A DNA stretch of 64,000 nucleotides from an uncultured Lentisphaeraceae bacterium (lineage in GTDB: Bacteria; Verrucomicrobiota; Kiritimatiellia; RFP12; UBA1067), in contig CAZKZI010000001.1 in assembly GCA_964557205.1 (NCBI GenBank), positions 29,284 through 93,283 on the forward strand, given 5' to 3'. The notes beneath the pieces were generated by a model. It was not told the origin of the DNA. It searched no databases and was given only the letters and a program-made list of their open reading frames with translations. Positions 39,211 to 47,160 of the stretch are shown here, one piece after another. Every line of letters starts with the position of its first letter. The stretch's first letter is position 1. The position numbers and the translations under genes are program-made.

Positions 39211-40643
39211 GCCCGCACCTCCCGCTCCACCGCCTGCCCGGCCCTCAACATCGCGCACTCGCCGAACGTCGGCCCGAGTATCTGGAGACCCACCGGCAAC
39301 CCTGCCGCCGTACTCCCGCACGGCACCGCAAGCCCGCAGACGCCGGCCAGATTGGCGGGCACCGTGAAAATGTCGCCCAGATACATCTTGAGCGGATCGT
39401 CGCACGCCTCGCCAATGCGGTAGGCCGCCGTCGGCGCCACCGGCGTCATGATCACGTCGCAATGTTTGAATGCCTCGTCAAAATCCCGTCGTACCAAGGT
39501 CCTGACCTTCTGCGCACGACCGTAATAGGCATCATAATATCCGCTGCTCAAAACGTACGTCCCGAGAATTATGCGCCGCTTGACCTCCATGCCGAACCCC
39601 TCCGCCCGGCTTCTGGCGTACAGGTCAAACACCGAATCGGGATTCTTGGCGCGGTGCCCGTAGCGCACACCGTCAAAACGCGCCAAGTTGGCCGAAGCCT
39701 CGGCCATGGCCACGATGCAGTACACTGCGACCGCGTATTCCGTATGCGGCAGGCTCACCTCGATTATCTCCGCTCCGGCCGCCGCGCACACATCCACGGT
39801 CCCGCGTATACAGGCCATAACCTCAGGATCGCTACCTCCGATGTAATACTCTTCCGGCAACCCGATCTTCATGCCCTTGATACCTCCGCCCAGTGCCGCC
39901 CTGTAGTCCGGCACCGGCGCGTCCAGCGTCGTTCCGTCACGCGGGTCTACCCCTGCCAAAACCTGCAGCAGCATTGCCGCGTCCTCGACCGTGCGGGTTA
40001 TGGGCCCCACCTGATCCAGCGAAGAAGCGAACGCCGTGACACCATAGCGCGAAACGCGCCCGTACGATGGCTTCAACCCCACGCAGCCACAGAACGAGGC
40101 CGGCTGGCGGATCGATCCGCCCGTGTCCGTGCCCAGAGCCGCGATTGCCTCGCCGCCAGCCACCGCCGCCGCAGAGCCTCCGCTCGAACCGCCTGGAACC
40201 CGGCGCAGATCATGCGGATTGCAAGTGACCTTGAAGGCCGACCTCTCGGTCGAAGAACCCATCGCGAACTCGTCCATGTTGGTCCGGCCCGCGAAAACCG
40301 CACCGGCCTGCCGCAGCCGCGCCGATACCGTCGCGTCATACGGCGAGACATAACCCGTCAATATTTTGGATGCGCACGTGCAAGGCTGCCCCTCGACATT
40401 TATCAGATCCTTGATTGCCACTGGAATACCAGACAGTTCGCCGACAACTCCGACAGAACGCGCCGCATCCGATGCCGCCGCCTGCCGCAAAGCGTAATCG
40501 GCGTCAACACTCAGGTAGGCTTTCAACTTGCCGTCCTTGGCGTTGATCGCCTCCAGCACAGCATGCGTCAACTCAACGGACGAGAACTCTTTATGCTTGA
40601 GCCCTTCCGCCGCCGCGCATAGTGTCAATCCCGAAATATCCAT
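39207..40643 (-). CDS. gatA: Glu-tRNA(Gln) amidotransferase subunit A
   Basis: Amidase signature GGSSGGSAAAVAGGEA and GatA-like N-terminus. ATG at 40643 with GGAG RBS preferred over TTG at 40679. Confidence 0.9.
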   Translation of the reverse strand: MDISGLTLCAAAEGLKHKEFSSVELTHAVLEAINAKDGKLKAYLSVDADYALRQAAASDAARSVGVVGELSGIPVAIKDLINVEGQPCTCASKILTGYVSPYDATVSARLRQAGAVFAGRTNMDEFAMGSSTERSAFKVTCNPHDLRRVPGGSSGGSAAAVAGGEAIAALGTDTGGSIRQPASFCGCVGLKPSYGRVSRYGVTAFASSLDQVGPITRTVEDAAMLLQVLAGVDPRDGTTLDAPVPDYRAALGGGIKGMKIGLPEEYYIGGSDPEVMACIRGTVDVCAAAGAEIIEVSLPHTEYAVAVYCIVAMAEASANLARFDGVRYGHRAKNPDSVFDLYARSRAEGFGMEVKRRIILGTYVLSSGYYDAYYGRAQKVRTLVRRDFDEAFKHCDVIMTPVAPTAAYRIGEACDDPLKMYLGDIFTVPANLAGVCGLAVPCGSTAAGLPVGLQILGPTFGECAMLRAGQAVEREVRA

Positions 40644-40665
40644 CTTGCCGACTCCACACCCAGAA

Positions 40666-40732
40666 GCTTGATGCATCAAGCCCCTACTCTTTCACTCTTC
40701 TCTCTTCACTGTAGGGGCTTGATGCATCAAGC
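40666..40732. repeat. 22-bp perfect inverted repeat (itself containing the 16-bp palindrome gcttgatgcatcaagc) with 23-nt pyrimidine-rich loop, between gatC and gatA
   Basis: Left arm gcttgatgcatcaagcccctac (40666-40687). Loop tctttcactcttctctcttcact. Right arm gtaggggcttgatgcatcaagc (40711-40732), exact reverse complement. Loop motif recurs at 47131-47160. Confidence 0.7.
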
Positions 40733-40740
40733 CCCTGCCG

Positions 40741-41031
40741 TCAGGCGTCCTCGACGATCTTGGGCAACCTGAACTCATCGCCGCTGAGGTCAGGCGCGTT
40801 AGCAAGAAACCGCTCGCGCGCAACGGAAGGCACAACCTCATCCTCACGGAAAACATTGGTCAGAGGCAGCCCGTGCAATGTGGCCTCAATGCCGGAAACG
40901 TCAACGCCGCCGATCTTATCGACATATTCGACAATGGTTTCCAACTGCCCCTGGAACAGCAGCTTTTCGTCTTGCGTCAAATCCAGACGCGCAAGTTCCG
41001 CCACGTATGAAACATCGATCTTTTGTCTCAC
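40741..41031 (-). CDS. gatC: Glu-tRNA(Gln) amidotransferase subunit C
   Basis: (V)RQKIDVSYVAELARLDLTQDEKLLFQGQLETIVEYVDKI matches GatC N-terminus. GTG start at 41031 inferred; track ORF extends to 41103. Confidence 0.75.
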   Translation of the reverse strand: MRQKIDVSYVAELARLDLTQDEKLLFQGQLETIVEYVDKIGGVDVSGIEATLHGLPLTNVFREDEVVPSVARERFLANAPDLSGDEFRLPKIVEDA

Positions 41032-41211
41032 CCTGAAAACTCCCGGCCGAACCGACTCCAGCCCTTTTAAACAAATGGTTAAAGTGTACTCCTCTGACAC
41101 CAATGACTCAATTCAAATCTAGCCTGCGCCAGGACAAAAATGCCCGACATAAAACAGAACGGGCACGGCTGACGCCGCGCCCGCCCACAAGATTTTTTCA
41201 AAGACCTCGGC

Positions 41212-41880
41212 TTATTCGCGCCCGTAGATCTCCACTTCCGTGTAGTGGTTCATCTCGTTCGAGGTGTTGCCGCGGCTTGAGAAGCGCACATAGCGCCCCT
41301 TTACGCCGGAAATTGCGAACGGACGACCGTAGTGCTCTTCGATATACTCCTTGTCCTTGCCCTCTCCCAGCTTAGACGAGTTGTCGTGGTCGTTGTTGAA
41401 GACTGTCACAACCCCGTCAATGAAGTCAGGGTCATTCGATATCTGGCAGATCACATCGCGGTAGACACGCGCCTCGCCGTGATAATGCCAGACGCACGCC
41501 GCGTGAATCTCTTTCTCCGCGCCAAGATCGACCTGCACCCACTGGGTGTTGGGTCCGAGTTCTACATACGTGGCGGCATCGTGCTCTTTGTCACCGTCCG
41601 TGATGTACTCAAGCTCGCCGATGATCGGCTCTGGGTCGCTCGATGTCACCTTGCAATCACGCGACAGAACCTTGTCCGCTCCAGCCGGCACATCTACCGG
41701 CGGACGCGGTTTGCCACCCCTGGGCGGCTCAAGATTCGGGGAGCGTATGTCCTTTGGCGTTCCCGTGAACTGCGGCTTAGGCAGTTCGATCTTCAACTGC
41801 ACTTTGCCCGCCTCCTGCGCCCCGGCCACAACGGCCAGTCCGGCCAGCACGGCCAACATCGTCATTCCTGTTTGTTTCAT
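41212..41880 (-). CDS. secreted F5/8 type C (discoidin/galactose-binding-like) domain protein
   Basis: 222 aa. Signal peptide MKQTGMTMLAVLAGLAVVAGA. Pro-rich linker then discoidin-like domain (WVQVDLG...VRFSSRGNTSNEMNHYTEVEIYG). AGGAGAG RBS. Confidence 0.65.
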   Translation of the reverse strand: MKQTGMTMLAVLAGLAVVAGAQEAGKVQLKIELPKPQFTGTPKDIRSPNLEPPRGGKPRPPVDVPAGADKVLSRDCKVTSSDPEPIIGELEYITDGDKEHDAATYVELGPNTQWVQVDLGAEKEIHAACVWHYHGEARVYRDVICQISNDPDFIDGVVTVFNNDHDNSSKLGEGKDKEYIEEHYGRPFAISGVKGRYVRFSSRGNTSNEMNHYTEVEIYGRE

Positions 41881-41911
41881 GTTTCTCTCCTTTGTTGCTT
41901 GGTTCGTTTTT

Positions 41912-41956
41912 TTCAGACCTGTCCAACCTATCAGACCTGTCCGACACGTCAGACCC
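41912..41956. repeat. tandem CAGACCTGTC(C) repeats in 5' leader of the discoidin-domain gene
   Basis: cagacctgtcc at 41914-41924 and 41932-41942, gtcagaccc at 41948-41956. Same decamer family recurs at 45675-45714. Confidence 0.6.
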
Positions 41957-41969
41957 TAAACACCTCATG

Positions 41970-42926
41970 TCAATAAACGGCCGGAAACACTCCGAAAGTG
42001 CGCACCGGACTACGCAGCCGATCCAGCCATTCCGCCTGCCCGCGCGCCACCATCACGCCGCTTCCCTCCAATTCCGAACAAGCCCGCTCTATCTCACCCG
42101 GCGTCATAGCCAGGCTCGACGTCGAAAGCGCGTCCGCAACTGCCGCCGTCGGCGCGTATGCCCATGCGGCGCTGTGTCGCACTGCCGCATAACCTCTGCG
42201 CACGTCCACCACATGCGCGCCTTTGACCTCATACCCGGAACCGCTCAAGGCTCCGCCGGCCAACCTCACCGTTTCAAGTCCGGCACGCTTACGCCAGTCG
42301 CCGCCAACATCAACCGGCCAACCTTCAATTCCGTCCTCCATCGATCCTCGCGCAACAACCGTGCTGGTCCCTCCGTGGATCAGGAAATCTTTAAAATCCC
42401 AGTCACTTTCAAGCATTTCACATGCCATGTCCAAAGCGTAGCCCTTGGCTACCGCGCCGAAATCCATTTCCAGCGGCGCTGCCCGCCCAAGCCGATCCGG
42501 CTTGACCGACACCAACAGATTCTGCGTGTCGATGACCAGCCTGTTCATGCCGCACGCCGCCAACGCGCTCTCGCGCTCCTGCCCGGTCAGCGCCTGCCAG
42601 CGGTGCTTGACCTCGCGCAACGCATCCATCACCGTCCCGACCGTCACATCAAAGCAGCCGCCGGTTGCAGCACAAACCCGAGTCGAAATCAGCAGCAGCT
42701 CCAGCATCTCCGGCGCCACCCGGAAGGTTTCCCCGGGTTTCAGCCGACTGATCAGCGCCACCTCGCTGGCGTCAAGAAACCGACTGCACAACTGTTCAAG
42801 CTTGTCCACCTTCTGAAACACGGCGTGCGCCGCGCTGCCCGCCAACTGCCGGTCGGCGGCAACCACCAGCAATTCAAACACCGTCGACATCGCCTTGTGC
42901 TCAAACCGGCGGACGCGATCTGTCAT
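41970..42926 (-). CDS. apbE: FAD:protein FMN transferase (ApbE family)
   Basis: ApbE motifs AMSTVFELLVV (MGT-like), DFGAVAKGYALD, HGGTSTVVARG. ATG at 42926 (10 nt after cytochrome stop) chosen over track GTG 42953. No obvious signal peptide. Confidence 0.8.
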   Translation of the reverse strand: MTDRVRRFEHKAMSTVFELLVVAADRQLAGSAAHAVFQKVDKLEQLCSRFLDASEVALISRLKPGETFRVAPEMLELLLISTRVCAATGGCFDVTVGTVMDALREVKHRWQALTGQERESALAACGMNRLVIDTQNLLVSVKPDRLGRAAPLEMDFGAVAKGYALDMACEMLESDWDFKDFLIHGGTSTVVARGSMEDGIEGWPVDVGGDWRKRAGLETVRLAGGALSGSGYEVKGAHVVDVRRGYAAVRHSAAWAYAPTAAVADALSTSSLAMTPGEIERACSELEGSGVMVARGQAEWLDRLRSPVRTFGVFPAVY

Positions 42927-42936
42927 AGAACAACTC

Positions 42937-45663
42937 TTATTCCTTGCGGCCACCGGTCAGCAACATCCAGACCGACACGGCAAGGAACGCCATGGAGGAA
43001 CAACGGTGCAACCAAAGCATCGCCACCTGCCACTCCGTGCCAAACCATGTCATCATCGGCGCGACCGCCGAGACAATCACCAAAGCTCCAAGGATCATGG
43101 TGACCATCCACCAGCCGTTGCGCCGCATGTTCGACAGCCTGCGCCCGCCGCGGAACCAGATCAAGGCCACCAGACAGGCAGCGAAAAGACCGCCCGCCAC
43201 CATGTGGAAGACCAGCACATATCCGGTCATCAGATGGAACAGCCAGCCGGCCAGCCCCGAAAGACCCAGATAACCCCCGGCCAGACCCAGCCCGATCGCC
43301 GCCAGCTTGTCCAGAGTCATCATAAGCTTTTCGGACGAACGGCCGTACGGTATCCCGCCCTTCGACAAAACCGCAGGCAAAGCCACCGACACAAACGCCA
43401 CCGAAACCAAGGCGAGCAGCGCGCATACCGCCCACAGGAATATCTTGAAGAACGGGCGCATCAGGAAGGTGGTGCCGAACACCTTGTTGTAGCTGCCGCT
43501 CAATTCCATAAACGCATGCTGTGCCTTGACCAGCGTATGGGATGTCAATAGCGGTCCAGTGGAAGCTACCTGCGTAAAGAAAAACGCGGAGTCAATCGTG
43601 TGGCAATCGTCGCACTTGCTCGGTGCCGCGCCGCGCGCCATGCGCGCGGGCCGCACATCATGCCCAACCGCCCACGACACCGCCGCCGCCGCCGGCTCTT
43701 CGTGCGCGACCAATTTCGCATCCTGACCGAGTTCCCATACCTGACCGTGCGCCACGTAAACCGCGCGCTTTGTTCCAGCCTCACTCAGCCGCTTCAAGCC
43801 CGCCGCCACCATCTCTTCGGTCAGGGTGCAATCGCTGTCGCCCAGTTCTTTGACGTTGCGCACAACATACTCTGACAACAACGGCGAGAAAGTGCCGTTC
43901 TTATACCAGCCCGCCTGCGGTTTGGCGCACTCGACCGGCGAGTTGGTGCTTGTCATGGTGTCGCCGCTGCCGCCGCGGTAGAACAGCTTGCCGCCATACA
44001 CCACCGCACCGTATCCATTGGTCACCGCCATCGGCGACGCATCCAATGTCTGCAAAAGGTCTGACAGCTTCCTCTCTGCCTCATTGCGTGCGACAAGCTG
44101 GTCGTCTTCCATCTTCTCAGTGTCCGCGCCCGGCTCATACGCCGGAATCACGGCGAACAGATTGGTGTCGGTCTTGTAGAACCATCCGTCGGCAGACACT
44201 TTCCCGACGACCGGCTCCGCGACATTGTCCACGTTGCTCTGAAACAGCTTGCCGCCTACCGCCAGCACTGGCTTGCCTGGAATGTTGGCGTTGCTCGCGA
44301 GACCCGCCAGCATCCCCCCGACCTGTTCGCGCACATCCAACAGACCCGAGCAAGCCTGATGCACCGCCTCCGGCAACAGCGGGGTGACCTTGGCCGCGTC
44401 ATCCGAATCCCGCGCGCCCCAGAAAGCCGGCCAAACCATGCGCCGCGGCTCGATCTTGCCTTGGCTGTTGCGCACGAAAACCGGTTCGAGTATGAACGGC
44501 TGAGGCGTCACCCAGCGCGCCCGCCCGTACACACCCATGCGGTTGGCCCGCGAGGTGCGCACCTGCGCCAGTTTGCCCTCTTCCGTCACGCCGGAATGGC
44601 AAGCCGTGCAGCTCAAATTCTCGAAGTGGCTGACCGGTATGCCCACATGGCGCGGCAGCGGAGAGCCATGCCGACCGGCCTTGACCTTGTCCGTGCCCGA
44701 ATGACACCCCGCGCAACTGGCCGTCGCGCGTGTCTTGTCCATACACCCAGTCGTGTCGCCCTCATAGCCCCGCGCGACCGCGTGATCCAACCCGGCCGCA
44801 TGGCAGTCCGTGCAGGACATGCCAGCCCGCAGATGCACGTCGCCATCGATATCCTTATTCGCCATACCGGCCTGCGAGGTCGAATGACAGTTGAGGCAGT
44901 TCTCGGATTTCGGCTTGCCGACCTCCAACACCACACGATTCTTGGCGTCGAACTGACGCTGGTCGTATATCACATGCGGCGGCACGGCATAAATCGCATC
45001 GTCGCGGTTGATGCCCTTCAACAACCCCCAGTAGTCGGCCACGCGAAAGCCCATGCCGCGAATCTCGCCGAGCCCCAGCGCACCGGTCGCTGCCCAGCGG
45101 TAGTTCTGCCGCAGGATCAGCCGCACCCACTCGCTGTGGTCATAAGCCTTGCTGTGGCTGTGGCAGGCAAAACAATTGATCTCGACCGGTCCAGAAACCT
45201 CCCAGCGTGCCTGCGAGCCGCCCTCTGCAAACAGGTCTTCGGGCTCGGCTATGTCGCCGCCGGGCAGATGTCGCCCGAACGCATACACCCACTCCCAGTC
45301 GGTCATTCCCAACTCGCCCGGCTTGTGCGTCCCTGACCAGTCGCGCAGGCTCATCGGTATCTGCGATCCGCTCACCGGATCAACCAGAAACCACGGCTGT
45401 GCCGGACGCCCCGGCTCCTGCGCCGAAGACATGTTGGAATGCCAACCTGACGCGATCGTATCGTAGTCGTGGCACTGACCGCAGGTCGTGCGTGTGCTCA
45501 TAGGCAAGGCGTTCGGTGCGCCGGGCACTATCGGGTCGCCAAATTCGTCATTCAGCGCCAGACGGTGTACCGGCACATTGCGTCCGCCGTTCCAGTGCGA
45601 CTCTACCTTGGCCAGCGCCGCGACCGCCGCAAGCGCCAACATCATTGTCAAAAGTCTTTTCAT
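42937..45663 (-). CDS. multiheme c-type cytochrome (7 CxxCH) fused to C-terminal ~5-TM His-containing membrane (cytochrome b-like) domain; CbcL-like quinol oxidoreductase candidate
   Basis: Signal peptide MKRLLTMMLALAAVAALA. Heme motifs CGQCH, CFACH, CLNCH, CTDCH, CAGCH, CTACH, CDDCH. C-terminal hydrophobic helices with conserved His (WLFHLMTGY, VFHMVAGG, LWLHRCS). Track start 45723 trimmed to ATG 45663. Confidence 0.8.
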   Translation of the reverse strand: MKRLLTMMLALAAVAALAKVESHWNGGRNVPVHRLALNDEFGDPIVPGAPNALPMSTRTTCGQCHDYDTIASGWHSNMSSAQEPGRPAQPWFLVDPVSGSQIPMSLRDWSGTHKPGELGMTDWEWVYAFGRHLPGGDIAEPEDLFAEGGSQARWEVSGPVEINCFACHSHSKAYDHSEWVRLILRQNYRWAATGALGLGEIRGMGFRVADYWGLLKGINRDDAIYAVPPHVIYDQRQFDAKNRVVLEVGKPKSENCLNCHSTSQAGMANKDIDGDVHLRAGMSCTDCHAAGLDHAVARGYEGDTTGCMDKTRATASCAGCHSGTDKVKAGRHGSPLPRHVGIPVSHFENLSCTACHSGVTEEGKLAQVRTSRANRMGVYGRARWVTPQPFILEPVFVRNSQGKIEPRRMVWPAFWGARDSDDAAKVTPLLPEAVHQACSGLLDVREQVGGMLAGLASNANIPGKPVLAVGGKLFQSNVDNVAEPVVGKVSADGWFYKTDTNLFAVIPAYEPGADTEKMEDDQLVARNEAERKLSDLLQTLDASPMAVTNGYGAVVYGGKLFYRGGSGDTMTSTNSPVECAKPQAGWYKNGTFSPLLSEYVVRNVKELGDSDCTLTEEMVAAGLKRLSEAGTKRAVYVAHGQVWELGQDAKLVAHEEPAAAAVSWAVGHDVRPARMARGAAPSKCDDCHTIDSAFFFTQVASTGPLLTSHTLVKAQHAFMELSGSYNKVFGTTFLMRPFFKIFLWAVCALLALVSVAFVSVALPAVLSKGGIPYGRSSEKLMMTLDKLAAIGLGLAGGYLGLSGLAGWLFHLMTGYVLVFHMVAGGLFAACLVALIWFRGGRRLSNMRRNGWWMVTMILGALVIVSAVAPMMTWFGTEWQVAMLWLHRCSSMAFLAVSVWMLLTGGRKE

Positions 45664-45674
45664 CGTTAGTTCCC

Positions 45675-45714
45675 TGTCTGTCAGACCTGTCAGACGCGTC
45701 CGACCTGTCAGACT
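45675..45714. repeat. tandem CAGACCTGTC-family repeats in 5' leader of the multiheme cytochrome gene
   Basis: ctgtctgtcagacctgtcagacgcgtccgacctgtcagac. Same motif family as 41912-41956, same orientation relative to the downstream (minus-strand) gene. Confidence 0.6.
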
Positions 45715-45725
45715 TTTGCGCACTC

Positions 45726-47069
45726 TTACACGTGGAAGTCTTCAGGCTTGAAATGGATCGTCTTGCCCTCGGCCACTGAACGGTTGGCCGCCAACACCGC
45801 CACCGCCGACTCATAAGCCAACTCCGCCGGACAGGTCAGCAATTCGGGCTTGTTGCGACGCACCGCCAGGAAGAAGTTCTCCAGATGCGGCATGTGCGCC
45901 GGCTTGAGCAAGTCAACCGGCAGCGGCCAGCCGTCGGCCTCGGCCGTCACGCGCACGTCCAGCGCCACGTTGGAGGTCACGGCCGCCGCGACCGGTTTTT
46001 TGACCGGCAGCACCAGCCCCTGCTTGGCGAAAATGTCCCAGTTCGGCACGCCGTCACGCACCTCGCGCTGTACCGCGTTGCCGCGCGCCGCAATCTCCGA
46101 GATGGTCAGTGAGCCGTTCTCTCCCATGAACTGCTCGTAAAAGCCGCCGCGGCTGGAGGTCGTCAGCACCTGATAGTAGGCGCGGTTGACAACCCCCTCC
46201 TTGGTCTTGAACTCGTAAATCGTCATAACGTTGTCATTCATCTGGCGGTTGTAGTAATCGTTGCCGCCGATGGCCGTGACCGTTATCGGCGCGCAATCCC
46301 ACACCCAGAAGAAGAGGTCGATCTGATGCGAGCCCAAGTCCACCATCGGGCCGCCGCCGTACTTGTCGAACCAACGCCAGTTGAGAAACTGCTCCATGTT
46401 CTCGTAGCCGTACTTCTGCAAGGTCTCGGTCGGAATGTTCAGCCTTTCGCGCACGGTCAGGAACGGCGCCACCGAACGGTTCCATTGCCCATAGGCGTGA
46501 GTCACGCGGCCTAGCATCTTCGCCTCGCGGATCACGCGGTTGATGGCGTGCATATAGCGCGGATTGGATCGGCGCTGATGCCCGATCTGAAAGATTTTGC
46601 CGGTGCGGCGCTGCCCTAAAACCATCTCCCTGGCCTTCTCCATCCGGTTTGACATCTCTTTTTCGCAATAGACGTTCTTGCCCTTCTCCATACAGTAGAT
46701 GCTGTGCTCGGCATGCATCCAGTCCGGCGTCGCGACGATCACGCAGTCGATGTTCTTGTCTTCCTTGTCCAGCATCTCGCGGTAATCTTCGTACACGTTG
46801 ATATCGTGACCCAGCGCGCGCAGACGTCCACGCGCCATCTTGCGGCGGTAGCCCCAGATGTCACAGACCGCCTTGAAACGGACTCCCGGTATCTTCATCG
46901 CCGCATCGGTCAGAATCTCGCCTTCGGCACCGTACCCGATCACAGCCACGTTCACCTGGTCATCCTTCGGACCGATCGTGTTCTTGTCGTCACTCAGGAT
47001 ATTGAAAGTCGGCAGAATGGCCGCCGCGGCAGCGGTATTCTTGACAAATTGCCTGCGATTGAATTTCAT
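45726..47069 (-). CDS. Gfo/Idh/MocA family NAD(P)-dependent oxidoreductase with twin-arginine (Tat) signal peptide
   Basis: MKFNRRQFVKNTAAAAAILP Tat motif. Rossmann VAVIGYGAEGE. Gfo/Idh/MocA C-terminal domain. ATG 47069 with AGGAAAAGG RBS. Confidence 0.85.
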   Translation of the reverse strand: MKFNRRQFVKNTAAAAAILPTFNILSDDKNTIGPKDDQVNVAVIGYGAEGEILTDAAMKIPGVRFKAVCDIWGYRRKMARGRLRALGHDINVYEDYREMLDKEDKNIDCVIVATPDWMHAEHSIYCMEKGKNVYCEKEMSNRMEKAREMVLGQRRTGKIFQIGHQRRSNPRYMHAINRVIREAKMLGRVTHAYGQWNRSVAPFLTVRERLNIPTETLQKYGYENMEQFLNWRWFDKYGGGPMVDLGSHQIDLFFWVWDCAPITVTAIGGNDYYNRQMNDNVMTIYEFKTKEGVVNRAYYQVLTTSSRGGFYEQFMGENGSLTISEIAARGNAVQREVRDGVPNWDIFAKQGLVLPVKKPVAAAVTSNVALDVRVTAEADGWPLPVDLLKPAHMPHLENFFLAVRRNKPELLTCPAELAYESAVAVLAANRSVAEGKTIHFKPEDFHV

Positions 47070-47130
47070 GTCCATAACCTTTTCCTCTGTTCTATACCTT
47101 GCACTTTCAGCCTCTAGCGAAAGCGAGCAC

Positions 47131-47160
47131 TCTTTCACTTTTTCACTCTTCCCTCTTCAC
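47131..47160. repeat. pyrimidine-rich 30-nt element related to loop of the gatC-gatA palindrome
   Basis: tctttcactttttcactcttccctcttcac shares a 21/22-nt core (TTCACTCTTCyCTCTTCAC) with 40688-40710. Lies between ETF-QO stop and Gfo/Idh/MocA start. Confidence 0.45.

Noticed and set aside
37774-39462. Track versions of gatB (562 aa), rplX (133 aa), rpmC (128 aa), gatC (120 aa), cytochrome and Gfo/Idh/MocA with long N-terminal extensions
   Set aside because: Conserved N-termini and RBSs indicate internal starts. Extensions are low-complexity and overlap upstream genes. Trimmed coordinates reported instead.
39462-40622. 386-aa ORF antisense to gatA
   Set aside because: Shadow ORF. gatA on the minus strand carries the amidase signature.
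41892-43103. 403-aa plus-strand ORF across apbE/cytochrome region, plus ORFs 42895..43551 and 44359..45336
   Set aside because: Antisense to well-supported minus-strand genes. Arg/His/Pro-rich low-complexity translations.
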